Source of the DNA: Oopsacas minuta | Lineage: Eukaryota > Animalia > Porifera | Length of the DNA: 64,000 bases | Reading direction: 5' to 3' | Assembly (NCBI GenBank): GCA_024704765.1 | Contig: JAKMXF010000296.1 | Coordinates: 195,307-259,306, forward strand | Shown here: positions 40,387 to 53,512 of the stretch, piece after piece | Numbering within the stretch: position 1 is the first letter of the stretch | Layout of the letters: each line of letters opens with the position of its first letter | Translations under genes and position numbers: made by a program | Notes under the pieces: model-generated | Told to the model about the DNA's origin: nothing | What the model saw: only the letters and a program-made list of their open reading frames with translations | Database searches by the model: none

Positions 40387-40470
40387 GATGGGTTTGGGTT
40401 ATAGGAAATATCTGAAGAAGGGCTAGAGGCGTACGACAAATTGATCAGAGCATACTTTGAGACACTAATC
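40387..40470 (+). pseudogene. Third RAG1-like / Transib fragment (catalytic Glu region)
   Basis: DGFGL*EISEEGLEAYDKLIRAY matches the DGHGLKE.S.E..ESCN.LVR segment of the copy at 6850-6910. Confidence 0.6.
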
Positions 40471-40871
40471 CTCAAATTTCCAAGTGTGTACTGCATCAAA
40501 CATGTCTTTTAAAACTCTCTCAGCCTACCAATATATTAGACATTGTAACCTGAATTAGATAACTCTGAAGTAATAAGTTATCAAGGCTATACACTCCTTT
40601 TTCTCACTGTTTAAGCTAGATAAATAGAATTCTGGCGCTATATTAACATCAAATAAGTACTAATTACTTGTATACTTTTAATTCATGATACATGATCTGG
40701 CAGTAGGTGTAAAGTGGGTACATATGCAAATATACATACAGCTTCACAACTGATTATGGAGTATGGACCAGGGATGCGTGTCGAGCCGACTTAAATTAAA
40801 CAAATATGTCAACTGTTTGTTAAAATCATCATTATTTGGTAAAATAAGTTACCAACGTATTCTAGGATATA

Positions 40872-42180
40872 CAGGGTGGCCCATAAGTTATGTCCCATAC
40901 TTTAATACATAACCATAGATTCTATGGTAAAGCTAGGTAATTGATTTTGCTTTTCAAGCTTCTATATAGTCTTATAAGTATTCTAAACTGTTCATCTTAA
41001 CAGTTCATAGTTTTAGCTAGACAAATTCCTCGATGGAAACAGAAAGGTTGACAATTATCGAATGATATCGAAAAGGAAAAGATCAAAATGAAATTTTGAA
41101 AATTCTTAATATTCCTAAAACGCGGCGAAAGTTTGCATACCGTACCATTAATAGGTATAAAGATACTGGCAGCGTCTCTGACAAGCCCAGATCTGGTCGT
41201 CCCGCATCTGTAACGACAACAAGGATGAGGAAGGTCGTAAGAGGTTGTGTATGGCGAAATCCCAGTCGATCTGTGAGAAAAATAGCTGCAGAGCTCAAGG
41301 TATCTCGTTCTTCCCTCCAAAGAATTGTCAAAAGACACCTGGGTTTATACTCATTTAAAAAACGTAAAGTACACTATCTTTCAAAGGTAATGAAGGAGAA
41401 GAGGCTGAAGAGAAGCAAAGGCCTCATTGACTGGTTCGCTGTCCAAGGTCTTGATCACGTCTTGTTCTCAGATGAGAAATTATTTACGATAGAGGAAGCT
41501 TATAATCAACAAAACGACAGAATATTGTCTTCTACAACGTCTACCATCCCTGAGGAGTACAGATATGTAAAAAGAATACAGAAACCATGTTATGTTATGG
41601 TTTGGGCTGGAATATCTTCACTTGGCCGGACTCCAATAGTTTTCATCCCAGCTGGGGTAAAAATAAATGCTCAACTTACCAAAACCTTATTCTAAAGCCT
41701 ATAGTCAAAGTTCTCAGCAAGTCGGTGTATAACAATGAACCCTTTTTGTTCCAACAAGACGGTGTCCCTGCTCATACAGCAAATACCACTCAAAGCTGGC
41801 TTCACTCCGAAATTCCTGACTTTATTTCCAAACAGGAATGGCCCCATCAAGTCCGGACCTTAGCCCTCTAGACTTCTCAGTTTGGTCTATATTACAAACA
41901 AAGGCTTGTTGTAAATCCCATAAAAATTTGGAGGCCCTGAAGCGATCAATAATACGTGCTTGGAATGAAATCCCCCAGGAAACCATGTGAATGGCAGTAG
42001 AGGCGGTTCCTTCACGACTTAGGGCTGTAATTAAGAAAAAAGGTGGATATATTGAATAAGCCTAATATATTATCATCCAAATAATGTGTACGTTATTGTG
42101 TCAAGATTTTAAGTCATTTCAGTGAGTTTTGCCAAAATTATGACGTTTTATCTGTGAGACAGAACTTATGGACCACCCTG
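40872..42180 (+). mobile_element. maT-family transposon (DD37D), frameshifted
   Basis: TA-flanked TIRs CAGGGTGG(C/T)CCATAAGTT(A/C)TGTC. Motifs RSGRP, LFSDEKLF, FQQDGVPAH and WP(P)SSPDLSPLDFSVW, with 37-residue spacing after restoring a 1-bp deletion. Confidence 0.92.
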
Positions 42181-43054
42181 TATATTCGTTATTCTATAGA
42201 CAATTAGTCATATTTAGTCTATTGTATACATTTTCCATAATGAAATACGTCAGAATAATATAAACACAGGTACTTAGTCACATATTATGATCTACAAACG
42301 ATACATAACTGGAAAGATATTAACCGTTATACATAAGTCAACCCACGGAAGGTAGAAGCAGCGGTATATCTAGATTCTGGAGAGGACTTTAAGTACAATC
42401 TAGAAATGATCCAAGACTCTAAGTACAGAATTGAGATTCAAGCCCATACTACTATTTAAGATTATTTTTCTTTCAGAAAAAGGCTGGCTCAGAGGAATCG
42501 CTACTCATGAAATATCGATCCAGGAATCTTAGGTAAAGGAGTCACATCATGTTCCTCCAGCTGACGGAATACCCAGTCTACTTCTCAACTAAATAAAATA
42601 AAACAAAAAGGTATACAATCATATTAGTATAAGTATAAGTACAGTGTACCTCATAAACACACATAATAGGTATTTCCTGATGAGAATATAAAATTAAACA
42701 CAATCCGGTCATAAAAGATCAGTCATTTGGGATTACTCTGTTTATACTAAAGGGTAAAGCGAAAAACATTTAACGCCCGCTGGCGTTCATATTAAAGTGG
42801 TAAGATTGTAGATATAACTAAATAATGTGAAGGATATACATTTGAGTTAGAGAATGTGTTTGAAAAGTTTCTAGGTGATTGTTTCGGGAACATCTATGTT
42901 AACATTCGCATCCCATTATATATCCACTAACAGTCGCCCTAAAGTTTCCATCTATTCTACGAATAAAAATAATAAAAATTGTGAAGTTTTCAGTTTTCCT
43001 TAGAGAATCAACATCAAGACTGTAGCTAAAGATTAACCTCCTTTTTGCCCTTTA

Positions 43055-44385
43055 CAAGGGCATTCAATAAGTCCTGCAGGTGATATTATAGAATATGATA
43101 CAACACTATACACACTAATTCACTATATTATTTATTCAAAGTAATCCCCTCCTGCAGATACACAAAGTTTTAACCTTTCCACCCACTTGTAAAATAAATT
43201 TCTGTACTCTTCTCCGGGGATGGATTTGAAGTAATGGTACAAGCCCGCTCCGAGTGCTCGTAATGTGTTAAAATCGTTGCCTTGAGGGTAGATTTTAAGT
43301 TTGGGGAATAGCCAAAAATCACACGGAGCTAGGTCTGGTGAGAATGGTTGATGGGGAAGTAATCCTAACCCTTCTACATCCAAGAAATTTTTGGTAAGCT
43401 TAGCTGTATGGGAACTGGCGTTATCAATTAAAATCTTCATTCCTCGAGTTCCAGTTTTCGGGCGGTGCTTTTCTATACGTTTTATCAAGTTTGGAAGCAC
43501 TTACTCTGTAAAGAAAGTAGCAGTAACAGCTTTGCCACTCTCACAAGGTAATTGCAAGACAATTCCATGACTATTGAAGAAGATGGTATACATAATCTAA
43601 GGTTTTCTGAAGTCGGTCTAGGAATTTTCGCCGGTTGTTCGTCGCCCATCACCCATGATCGCTTCTTATACTTGCTATATGGTGTTGAATAGTCACCCAC
43701 GTCTCGTCACCAGTAATAATCTCTGTTAGGCGACTAGAATCGCAGTTCTCATAAGTTCCCAAGAGTTTCTTGGCAATATTCAGTCGTGCCAACCTCTGAT
43801 TCTCACTGAGCTTATGCGGGACCCATTTCCCACAAATCGATCGGTAGCCAAGCTCAGTCATCAGAATTGTATGAATAGCTCCCGATGAAATCTCCATACT
43901 TTGTTCTAACTGATTGGCAGTAATGCACTTGTCTTCCATGACCATACTTTCAATGAGTGCGATATTCTCTGAAGTTGTGGCGGATACCGGTCTTCCAGAT
44001 CGAGGCAAATCTGTGACATCAGCATCACCAGATCTAAAACGGGCAGCCCATCGCTCTACAGTAGATCTGGAATGGCAATCCACGCACAATATCTCCTGTA
44101 ACTCGCTGAAGATCTGTACCGGCTGGATCTCGAGTATTGTGCGAAACTCTATGCAAGCTCGCCATTTGAGGTTGAAATTATCATCCTTTGTAGCCATAAA
44201 TTGAACAGTGGGTATAAATTGACTACACGTAACTATCACAAAAATTCAAAATTTGTATTGAATAAGCCTGAAACTCTCATTATAAGGAGTTTAACTATAT
44301 GGGCTTATAATATATGAAAGTTAGATATATTACTTGACTAATTCCTAAGATATATCATGACCCACAAGACTTATTGAACGCCCTG
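43055..44385 (-). mobile_element. mariner-family transposon (DD34D)
   Basis: TIRs CAAGGGCATTCAATAAGTC / CAGGGCGTTCAATAAGTC. Motifs PRSGRP, KWVPHKL, ITGDETW, IDNASSH and PFSPDLAPCDFWLF. Confidence 0.93.
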
Positions 44386-44611
44386 ATAAAGTTTCTCATA
44401 TGTAAATTTATTGTTGTTTTTATGAATATATAGTAAACAAATTAGCCCAATTTCAAAGTATACATGCAGGCTTGCTCTACATGGCTACACAGGGGTAACA
44501 CAGTATGCTGAACCAGAATTTTGCATTTTCAAGTTTCTCATATGTAAATTTTATGCTATTTTATGAATATTAATTAATTGTATAGATTTTCACATAATTT
44601 CTATCTTTTTA

Positions 44612-44965
44612 ATGGATCCTCTTGCTACAAGCCTGGATTTTGATCAGAGCTTTTCTTCTTTACTAAAGGTTGAGCTTGCCAAGCAACAAAATCTTATGGA
44701 TTTAGATTATTCTCCTTCTCTTGATCACGTTCATGCTCAACATCTAAGAGAGAACAATGATATTCCTGAATCCACTACACACTACATAAAAGTTTACCGC
44801 GAGCAGCTGGAGACTCTACAAAGAGATAATTTTTCTCTCAAACTTCAGCTTTTCTATTTCCAGAAAGCTTTTGAAAGTGCAGGTCAGCCTTTAGTATAAA
44901 TTTCACAATTGTATACCACCAGCTATATCCAAGGGATTATCTAGGAGCGCCAGACACTTCTTTAG
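44612..44965 (+). pseudogene. Centrosomin motif 1 (CM1; CDK5RAP2/myomegalin/Cnn-like) 5' gene fragment, probably pseudogenised
   Basis: YIKVYREQLETLQRDNFSLKLQLFYFQK resembles the CM1 consensus L..ENF.LKL.IYFLEE. In-frame similarity seems to continue past stops at 44897, 44942 and 44963 (II*ERQTLL*). A weak donor G|GTCAG at 44883 is an alternative reading. Confidence 0.5.
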
Positions 44966-45114
44966 TCACATGATTTTTTGATACAATTATATATTACCGT
45001 GAAAGTTTAGGATCTTCCTCTATGCCATTCCACTAATTTACTGATTTAGTCATATGAAAATTTGGGAGGAGAAGAGCTAGGAGTGTGCTCGGAGAACCCT
45101 GGCTATATCATATA

Positions 45115-46458
45115 CAGGGTGTAACAAAAGTCTTGGCCGGTTGCATTATGGTGGCTCACATAAAATATTTCAAAGTCACAATATCTAATTATTCACCAAT
45201 ATAATCACCACCTCTTTCTAAAACTAATTTCATTCGATTAGGCATCCCATTCACCAGGTTTCGAAGTAAGTTCGATGAATCGTCATCCATGCCGTTTTTA
45301 GGTTTGCAATTAGGGCCTGAATCGTGGTGACCTGGGCCATTTCATCCAACCGTTCATATATAATACCCCAATGATTTTCAATCGGATTCAAGTCGGGGAA
45401 GTTAACTGGCCACTCCCCTTTCTTCCAAAACGGAGGGAACTTCTCTGAACGCCACTGTTGCGTGACATTGGCTGTGTGTACGAGAGCACCATCCTGCATG
45501 AACAGAAATTCTGACATGTTTTCCAACATGGACCTCTCAATAACGGACCCCTTTTTAGCTTCACGAGCGATCGCATCCAGACAGGTTTTCTTCAATATTT
45601 CGTTCCTATAGTAGGCTCCATTGACGGTCTGTTTTGGGGTACAATGTGGAGTTCTGACAGCGCTCTGTGTGACATCATTCCCCAGACCATAATTTCGCTG
45701 GGAATTTAACCTGAAAATAGGCTCAATATTTTGTGAACCAATTGCCCATACTCGATCATTTTGTCTGTTTGGCGGATGAAATAACTCAAATGGCGATTCA
45801 TCAGACCAGAACACATTATTCCAATCTTCGAAAGACCAATTCTCATGATCCCGAGCGAATTTCAATCGATTTTCCTTGATTTTTTGTGTAATTTTTGCCC
45901 ATTTGGGACGTCTATAGGGTCTGGCATCAAGTCTTTGTGCTAAGTGCCGCTGAATTGTCATGTGAGATATGGGGTTTCCTCTGATAGATAGTCTCCTCGA
46001 CAATTTTCGGGTTGATTGCCTCCTTTTCCCCAAGGATTTCTTAATCACAATTCGTGATACCCGTTTCAAAATTTGAGGCCGTCCAGATTGTGGCTTAGTC
46101 TTCTTCATAGTCTCACCGCATTTGTGTTGACTCCACCATCTCCGTACAGATATTACTCCAACATTTAGACGTGTAGCTACCTCTTTTGAGTAATGCCTCC
46201 TTCAAGCATCCCAATTGCTTTAGAACGGAGCTCGACTCCGTGATCACCGACATTCATTTCCCCGAAACAAACTGGTAAGGTAAATATGCTAAAAAAATTC
46301 GAGAGCAGTGTTGAAGATATTCAATATGTCTATAGTATAAATGTAGTTACTAAATAGTAACTATCAGTCAACTAGCATTTCCGTTGTATGCTATAATTAC
46401 TAGTATATATTAAATCCAACTACTATTGAGAACCGATCAAGACTTTTGTTACACCCTG
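45115..46458 (-). mobile_element. Tc1-related transposon with DD37E triad (TRT/ITmD37E-like)
   Basis: TA-flanked 28-bp TIRs CAGGGTGTAACAAAAGTCTTG..CGGTT. Motifs QSGRP, FWSDESPF, FMQDGALVH and FPDLNPIENHW, with 37 residues between D2 and E in one frame. Confidence 0.9.
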
Positions 46459-47089
46459 TACTGTTTGTAACAGCCTAACATGTAAAAAATGAGATGCCTT
46501 AAATTCTCAATTAAGTAGCATAATTCCATCAGGAATCAGGATATTATACCGCCGCCGGAACAAGGCTATGTCAAAGATAACAACTAATATAATGCAGCAC
46601 AAGAATCTCTGAACAATCGTGCAATTCGTATTCTGACTTATCTTGGATATTACTGGGACTCGATGTGATACCGTGCTGAAGCTATACTAAATCCTTTGAC
46701 TTACCTCATTAGAGACAATTAAGGAGTTTAGAGGAAATTTCACCACTATTGTATGCTATTACGGACATTATTTTCTACTAACAAGTATGTATCAAATGTA
46801 ATATAGTTGTTATCTAGGGCGCAAGAGTTTATCCGGGTGCTTGACGGGCACCCAAAAGTGCCAGTTCAGTAGCTATAAAGAACATAGAGTGGCGACCTTA
46901 AGATTCAAATTAGTATAGGATCAATAAGTTACTGGACAAAAAAGTACCAACTTTGAAGGGATGACCCTGGAAGAAAAAATTCCAGGTAAACCCCTGCATT
47001 GCGGATAAATATCAGAATATGTGGATTACGAGGTACTGATTAAGATAACATACTGAACTTATTGTGAAATACGTAGAATGAAATGGTAA

Positions 47090-47490
47090 CTTAGCTTGCA
47101 AATCCTGAAATTTGGTGATAAGAAACTTCCAATTGTCTTCAATTTGATATCAGACTGAGACTGTGATTAATAGCTTGGAAGAGTTGATCATTCATTTGAG
47201 AGGAGGCACCAAGCAGATTCCTGATACGTAGGCATGGAACAATAAACTGGGCATATAGGCAAAATAGAGGGTACCACCTTATTCAGAATTCTATACTTGC
47301 GATCTCCTTTGGATACTCTAAGTGCATACTCAAGTCTCCCTCCATGAGATGCTTGGAAGAACTAGACAGTCTTGAGATTAACAATATCTTCCCATGGAAA
47401 GGCCTAAGCAAAGAGTGTCTGAGTTCATCTAGTTCGCGTGGCATTGTAAAAATTGTAAATTGTCCTTCAAAGTCATAGTTGCGTGTCATC
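47090..47490 (-). mobile_element. Possible non-LTR retrotransposon ORF2 C-terminal fragment
   Basis: RWYPLFCLYAQFIVPCLRIRNLLG...DQLFQAIN resembles LINE-like C-terminal segments. No RT motif is visible. Confidence 0.3.
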
Positions 47491-48241
47491 CTGGGTCAGG
47501 ACAACGACAAGCCACTGAATGAGCGGAAATAAATGTAATAGCTGGAATGCATAGACGTGGTCTCAAGTCAACAAAAATTTGTAACAGCAATATGAATACA
47601 CATTAGATGAAAAATTCAATAAGTGTAAAAAATTAGCAAATATGGGTCAATAACAAAGTAAAACTCAAAAATTTAAAAAGAAGATGCATTAGTAAACGGC
47701 AAAAACACACTAAGTTAACTAATGAATTAATGAAATATTGAAAATATTGTTTTCCCCAGATATTCAAAAAATATTTCAGAATATAGTGCATAAAAGTAAA
47801 AAAAACACTGAAAATTTGATCAATATGATGAGATTGTGAGAAATATAAAATAGAGTAAAACTAGCATTTGGTATTCTTATGTGTATAGAGCAATAGAATA
47901 CGACATGGAACCTTGAAATTTTGGACAACAAGCAAATTTTCAAAAGATTCATATAATGTCTAATGGATGTAAAATATCAACAAAATTCAAAAATGGGGAA
48001 CTTGATTTACTGAAATTTTAATGGGCACATATGGTCTGAAACTCTAAATGGCATCGAATCAACCAACAGATTCATACTCAGCATCGAATTTCAGGCGATT
48101 TAGTGGGTCACTTGAACCTGGGTCGCCTTTATGAATGTCCAAACTGGAGACTTACACAGCAGCCAACTAGGAGAGTCTAATGTTTTCTGATGGGAGGAAC
48201 TGTTGCTAAATATACACGCTAAGCCCAATGATATAGTAATA

Positions 48242-48870
48242 CTAGTGCGCTTCGCTTGGTATGACGCTGCGCGACAGCTTAACGTCCCAAGTTAGCTTAA
48301 GTATTAAACAGTAAATTATAGTGTTATTGTCGCTACGCGACATAATATGCTCAGCACTACGTGCAAAAATTCACAAAATAGCTAAAATTTAAGAAACGAT
48401 TATCCATGATCCATTCAAATTACATTGAATAGCATTCTGTGGTGATATTGGAGAAGCCATGTCGCTTTTAGTTAGTAATCTCGGCACTATGTGCCTAGGG
48501 TATTAATAAATTTTGAAATTTTAGAGATTTGGAAAACTTTCGTTTTTGTACAGATAAGATGACCATGATGAATTAACTTTTGGTCAGAGTCATGATATCT
48601 GGACATTTGCTACATCGGTACCAGTGATTCAAATTTCAAACTTCTATGATGGATATTAGCTGAGCAGTGGTTAATATATTGTGATTTTTGAAAATACAAG
48701 AAGGTTACAATGACCTCATAATTTAGTCATAGGCGTCAGTCTTCGTTCCACAATCGAATTTGTCCGAGTCAGGCTCAAAGTGCCCCTGGATGCAATAATC
48801 AGTCCTGGGGTCCTCCAGTTTCCTCAATAAATTTGGACATACAAACATATATATATGTAAAACAAGTAGG
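48242..48870 (-). mobile_element. Helitron-like repeat copy with intact 3' CTAG|T end
   Basis: Minus strand ends GTCGCGCAGCG..CAAGCGAAGCGCACTAG|T. The body is collinear with the 1-356, 14655-15184 and 18510-19705 copies. Confidence 0.6.
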
Positions 48871-49569
48871 CTCTCGTTAAACGTACAACAGCGAACAGCC
48901 AAAAATCCCACTGTTTATCCGGAGTACGTATAATCCGAAATAATTTACATTTGGGAAGGCATCGAAGGGGGACAGACAAAATGTAGAAATTTATATTTCT
49001 TATACGGAGTTACTCCTTAACCGTGTTCGTATTAACATCCGCATGAGGAGCTATGGAATGTCTATTTGCTGGAAACTCTGTACATTGTACTAGAAAATCT
49101 AGGGTAAAAAGTTTGGCATATTGGACAGAGCTTCCATGGAATAGAAACTGAATAATTCATCATCCTAACCAGGTTTATTTCTGTAATTAGCGATGATGAG
49201 TAGTTCTAAACAATGAATTCTGAACGGGGCCGTTTAGAGAGTATAAGGGGGGCCGAGGTGCATATAATTGCAAGGGCACTTGTTATACTTGAAATTAGAG
49301 AGATCTGTTGCGTAGGACTATGACTCGAAAGTAGCATTTCAAATCAAGCAATATCCACAATTCATCATAGTCACCTTCGTATTTAATACAGGGCTGACTT
49401 CCTAAAATGAACACACTAACAATTAACTTTTGTTTCTAGATTTCAGTATCAATGCTTGCATTTACTTTTGACATTTTTCATTATGGATGCGACAGAGTAC
49501 GAAGCAATTGCAGGGGATAAACTTTTAGATGTGGGGGCTCACACAGCAGGCAAAAAATCTATATAGTAG

Positions 49570-50279
49570 GGTACTGCTGGAAAGTGTTCCTAATAAGGAG
49601 GTGTTCCTTGTTAAGAGGTTTGCCTTTTAGGGCCTATCATAAATTTTATGAGGTGAATGAATGTTTGTTTGTAAACATGTGCTTTCTCTTGGAGGATAGC
49701 ACCTGACACTGGGATGTTCGGGGATCGGGCTGCAACGAACGACATTGACACTTGATGGCAGTAGTTCTCGACCGATGTCTCAAGATCTAGTTTTGTTTAA
49801 CCACGCGGTTAACAACTCCAAGGGAAACGCCAAACTGAGTAGCAAAAGCCGCTGACTACTTTTTGTACCTTCTTTCAATATCTCAAACTTCTGTGAAAAG
49901 GTTAGATTCTTTAAGGATATTGTTGAAGACATTGTGATGATTTGTTTTGAGATAGACAGACCAAAGATTTGAATAAAATGTCAGCTTCACATACAGTGGT
50001 ATGGGTATGTTAACAAAACAATAGAAAATGACTTCTTTATCATATAAACAATTGTCATTTCAATAATCAATCGTGAAAAGAACAAAAACGTCGATCACAC
50101 TGATCACGCAAACTGTGAACAAAATACAGCCCATTGGCTGTTATGTTGATCCCTACGAATTCTGATAAACACTTAGGTTCTTTAATGGTAGGTCAATATG
50201 AATGGGTAAGTGATATTTGGAACATAAAAGAGTGTTCCTGTCCCCTAAGCGGAGGTGTTCCCTCATGGAGGTTTTACTG
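49570..50279 (-). mobile_element. pogo/Tigger deletion derivative (N-terminal HTH only)
   Basis: TA|CAGTAAAACCTCC terminus at 50279. Minus-strand MSSTISLKNLTFSQKFEILKEGTKSSQRLLATQFGVSLGVVNRVVK is a psq-type HTH. GGAGGTGTTCC subterminal repeats. The left limit is approximate. Confidence 0.6.
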
Positions 50280-50689
50280 TATTGCATATATTAATCTGAA
50301 AATTGCATTCTGAAAATTTTATTGTATCTTCTACAAATCTTTACACTTTTTCAGTAATTCTTTTAATTCTCATGCTACTTTGTATAGGCCACATTTTATG
50401 AAAATAATATTCGCAACTTATAGCACAATGTTTTAAACCATAGTATTATTTTGTATATTTGTTAAAATTGTATTGATTGAATAAGAGAAGCCTACTATAT
50501 AATTATCAATTGATTGAATTGTAATTTGCCTGTTTTAGGCTTATGTTCAGATTATACTTAGTGAATGATACTAATTCTTTGGGATTTCAAACAATCGAAC
50601 CCAGTAAATTCACTTTGGAACATACGTGTAATTGCTTGCTAAAGTAGCAGGTAAAAGAATGTTTCTAAGAAATTGGCTTGTTCCAGTTA

Positions 50690-50880
50690 AGCTAGGTGAA
50701 TCATGATGTGAGATCAGAATTTGTGGAAGGAGATGAAGTATTTGCACCCAATATACGTAGGGTATTTCTAGGATTGTTTGGAAGAGGGGGCAAATTGAAA
50801 GATAACAAGTATGAAGGCGGCCATGCTTATGCGGTTTCAGATGAAATAGGAAACCTAATATTTGAAACCATCGGATGATA
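50690..50880 (+). mobile_element. Ty3/gypsy integrase C-terminal fragment
   Basis: HDVRSEFVEGDEVFAPNIR resembles the R.F..GD.V.ARN motif at the end of gypsy Pol. Confidence 0.4.
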
Positions 50881-50941
50881 AGTTAAATGAGATTATTGAA
50901 ATATGGAACAGAAAACAAAGGCGAATTATCGTATAAATCAA

Positions 50942-51904
50942 CAGGGGTATTCAATGTATACTAATTACTGTATATTTTAAATGAAATAGCAGTTCTAAGC
51001 TAGTATTTCTCAGTGCAATTATATAGAACCATATTTCAACTTTCTAACAAAACTTAGAGAGAGTTGATCACTAAATTATTTCCCAAATTTCAGTTATTTT
51101 TAGAAACCTACATTTTCTCCTTTGCACTTTTCATGGCTTCTTGTCCAAATTTTCGGAACTTGAACAACGAACATGCATCAAATTTCGCACCATTCTCGAA
51201 ATCCCTCCAAAGTCTATTCATGACGAGTTGGCAACGATATGTGGAGAAGATACTTTACCGTATTCAACTGTCAGAAGATGGGTGAGCCTATTAAGAGAAG
51301 GTAGGACCTCTGTCCAAGACGCTCTTCGTCCTAGAGCACCAAAACTGGCGACCAACAATGACAAATTGAGTGAAGTAAAGGAATATGTGAGTCTTTTCGC
51401 ATTCTTCGGTTGAGGAGGTAGCTAACTATGTTGGCATTTCAGCGGGAAGTGCACACACAAATCTGAAGGCGGATTTAGAACTGAGGAAGGTCCAAGTCCG
51501 ATGGGTATCACATTGCTTAACTTTCCCACAAAAGGCCGCGAGACTCCGCATAAATCTTTGGCTGTAAGGCAAAAAATTAAAGATATGTGTATGCACGAAG
51601 TCCTACATCCACCCTACTCCCCTGATATAACCCCATGTGACTTCTGGCTGTTTAGAAAACTCAAAGATAACCTCTTCGGACGCGGATTTAAGGATCAGCT
51701 TAGCCTTGATTGGGCAATTTACAGATACCTTGAAGTCATACCCAAGGAAGAGTACAGGAAAACTTTGAAAATTGGATTAAAAAGGCTAAATTCAGTTGTA
51801 GCGTATAAAGGAGACTACTTTGAACATTCATAGCAAAATCACCAACTTTGCACAGGTATTTATAGATTTAGTATGGTATGATTAGTATTTATTGAATGCC
51901 CCTG
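50942..51904 (+). mobile_element. mariner element with internal deletion (963 bp)
   Basis: TIRs CAGGGG(T/C)ATTCAAT..ATACTAAT. N-terminal HTH (EQRTCIKF..YSTVRRW) joined to the C-terminal HPPYSPDITPCDFWLF. The first two catalytic Asp regions are absent. Confidence 0.88.
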
Positions 51905-53341
51905 TAATTATTAAACTATCACATTTGTTAAAATCATTTTTTCAAAATTCTTAATTAAACACTAATTAAACAATTGTGGAATTCCATATGAATAATATCC
52001 CAGAGTACAAAAACCGAAAGGGGGACAATTGCCCTGCCCTAGAAAAAAACCTGCAATATACAGAAAACCAAGCAACCCCCAGCAACACCCAGCAACAAAA
52101 GGTGGAAATAAATATATAGGACCATATACAATAGAGAACGTAAACCAAGTCACCTAGTTGCTCGCAAAGACCAAATAGGAAAACAACAAATTACCTATCC
52201 ATCTATAACAAATTATCATTCACGCACAAAAAGAAAAAAGGCAGGTTCAAACAAAAAAGGCAACTCAAAGAGCCCAATAGATCTTGCAACTTCTCTTCTG
52301 ACGGTAGTGAGACAATATTGTACCGAACATATTGACTCATCCCATGATCACATATGTAAAATTAGTATGTTCTGTATTGATACGATTAGTAATAATAATC
52401 CTACATTTCACATATTTAGATTCTTTGGATGTTATATTAAATCCGGATACTATGGAAGTTATAATTGAATATAATAATAACAATCATCATTAAAATATCT
52501 ACTCTAAGCTAGTTCAATTGAACCTTTAAGATTAAGGAAACTCGCTGTATCAGCCGGTAATTGGTACGCAGAATATCATTCCTCCAATGCAACTCAAATA
52601 CGGGAAGAGAGACTAAGAGATCGTGATTATCCAATCGCTGTTCTATTAGCAGTAATAATTAAGATAATATTCTCACTTCGAATAAAACATAATGACCTTC
52701 TGTAGTGTCCCTAGAGCTGAAAAGCAGGTTATGGTTAGTAATCATGACACTTCGTGCCCCGGTATAAAGAGTTTGGCAATATTTTCGAAATGTGCTAATT
52801 GGGATGTATTTGAAGTCATTACGAAATAATAAACTCTTGAGGAGCTTGTATTTGGGAAAATTAATCAGGCCAGGACATTTTGGATATTGAGGAGCATCTG
52901 TGATGAAATTATCAAAGATCTATATTAGGTAAATGGATGAGTAGTTACTGATCATGTAATTTTTTGATCTCATGATCAGTACTGAATTTTTTAGTATACA
53001 GGATTTTTGGCATACAGGAATACATTGGGCATGTTCGGACAAGTTCGAGTCTTGGATGAAAATTCACACCTGACGAAATTACGACGTAATTTTCAGTTTC
53101 TGGATTTTCGAAATATCATGTTATTAACCACTGCTCAGGCAATATGCTGATAGATAGATGAAAATTGAATCACTGGACCATCAATATGCCACACGTTATT
53201 AGGTAATCACTTTCACCAATTGTCAGCTCATCATGGAATTATTATGTCATCATGACTATACAAAAATCGAATTTTGTAATTTTAGAGGCATATATTTTAC
53301 CAAAGCAAATGATACTATTACTGAAATAATGAAGAGTAATA

Positions 53342-53512
53342 CAGTCGAAACTGCCTAACAAGCAAATCGTATTTTGTAAGAATGTTCCTTGCTGAAGGGA
53401 ATTTTACTTTTCCGAAATACTTAAGTGCAAATCTGCACTATATGTTAATGAAAAAAGTTGTTGATAGGCGGATTTTGCTGTTAGACGAATTGATAATAGG
53501 CGGTTTCCTCTA
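53342..53512. repeat. pogo-type MITE
   Basis: TA|CAGTCGAAACTGCCTA versus the inverse TA|TAGAGGAAACCGCCTA. Confidence 0.5.

Noticed and set aside
43914-44204. Track ORFs antisense to transposases (also 38556-38855, 62443-62993, 41083-41338, 8823-9047)
   Set aside because: Shadow frames of recognisable transposase coding sequence with no independent homology.
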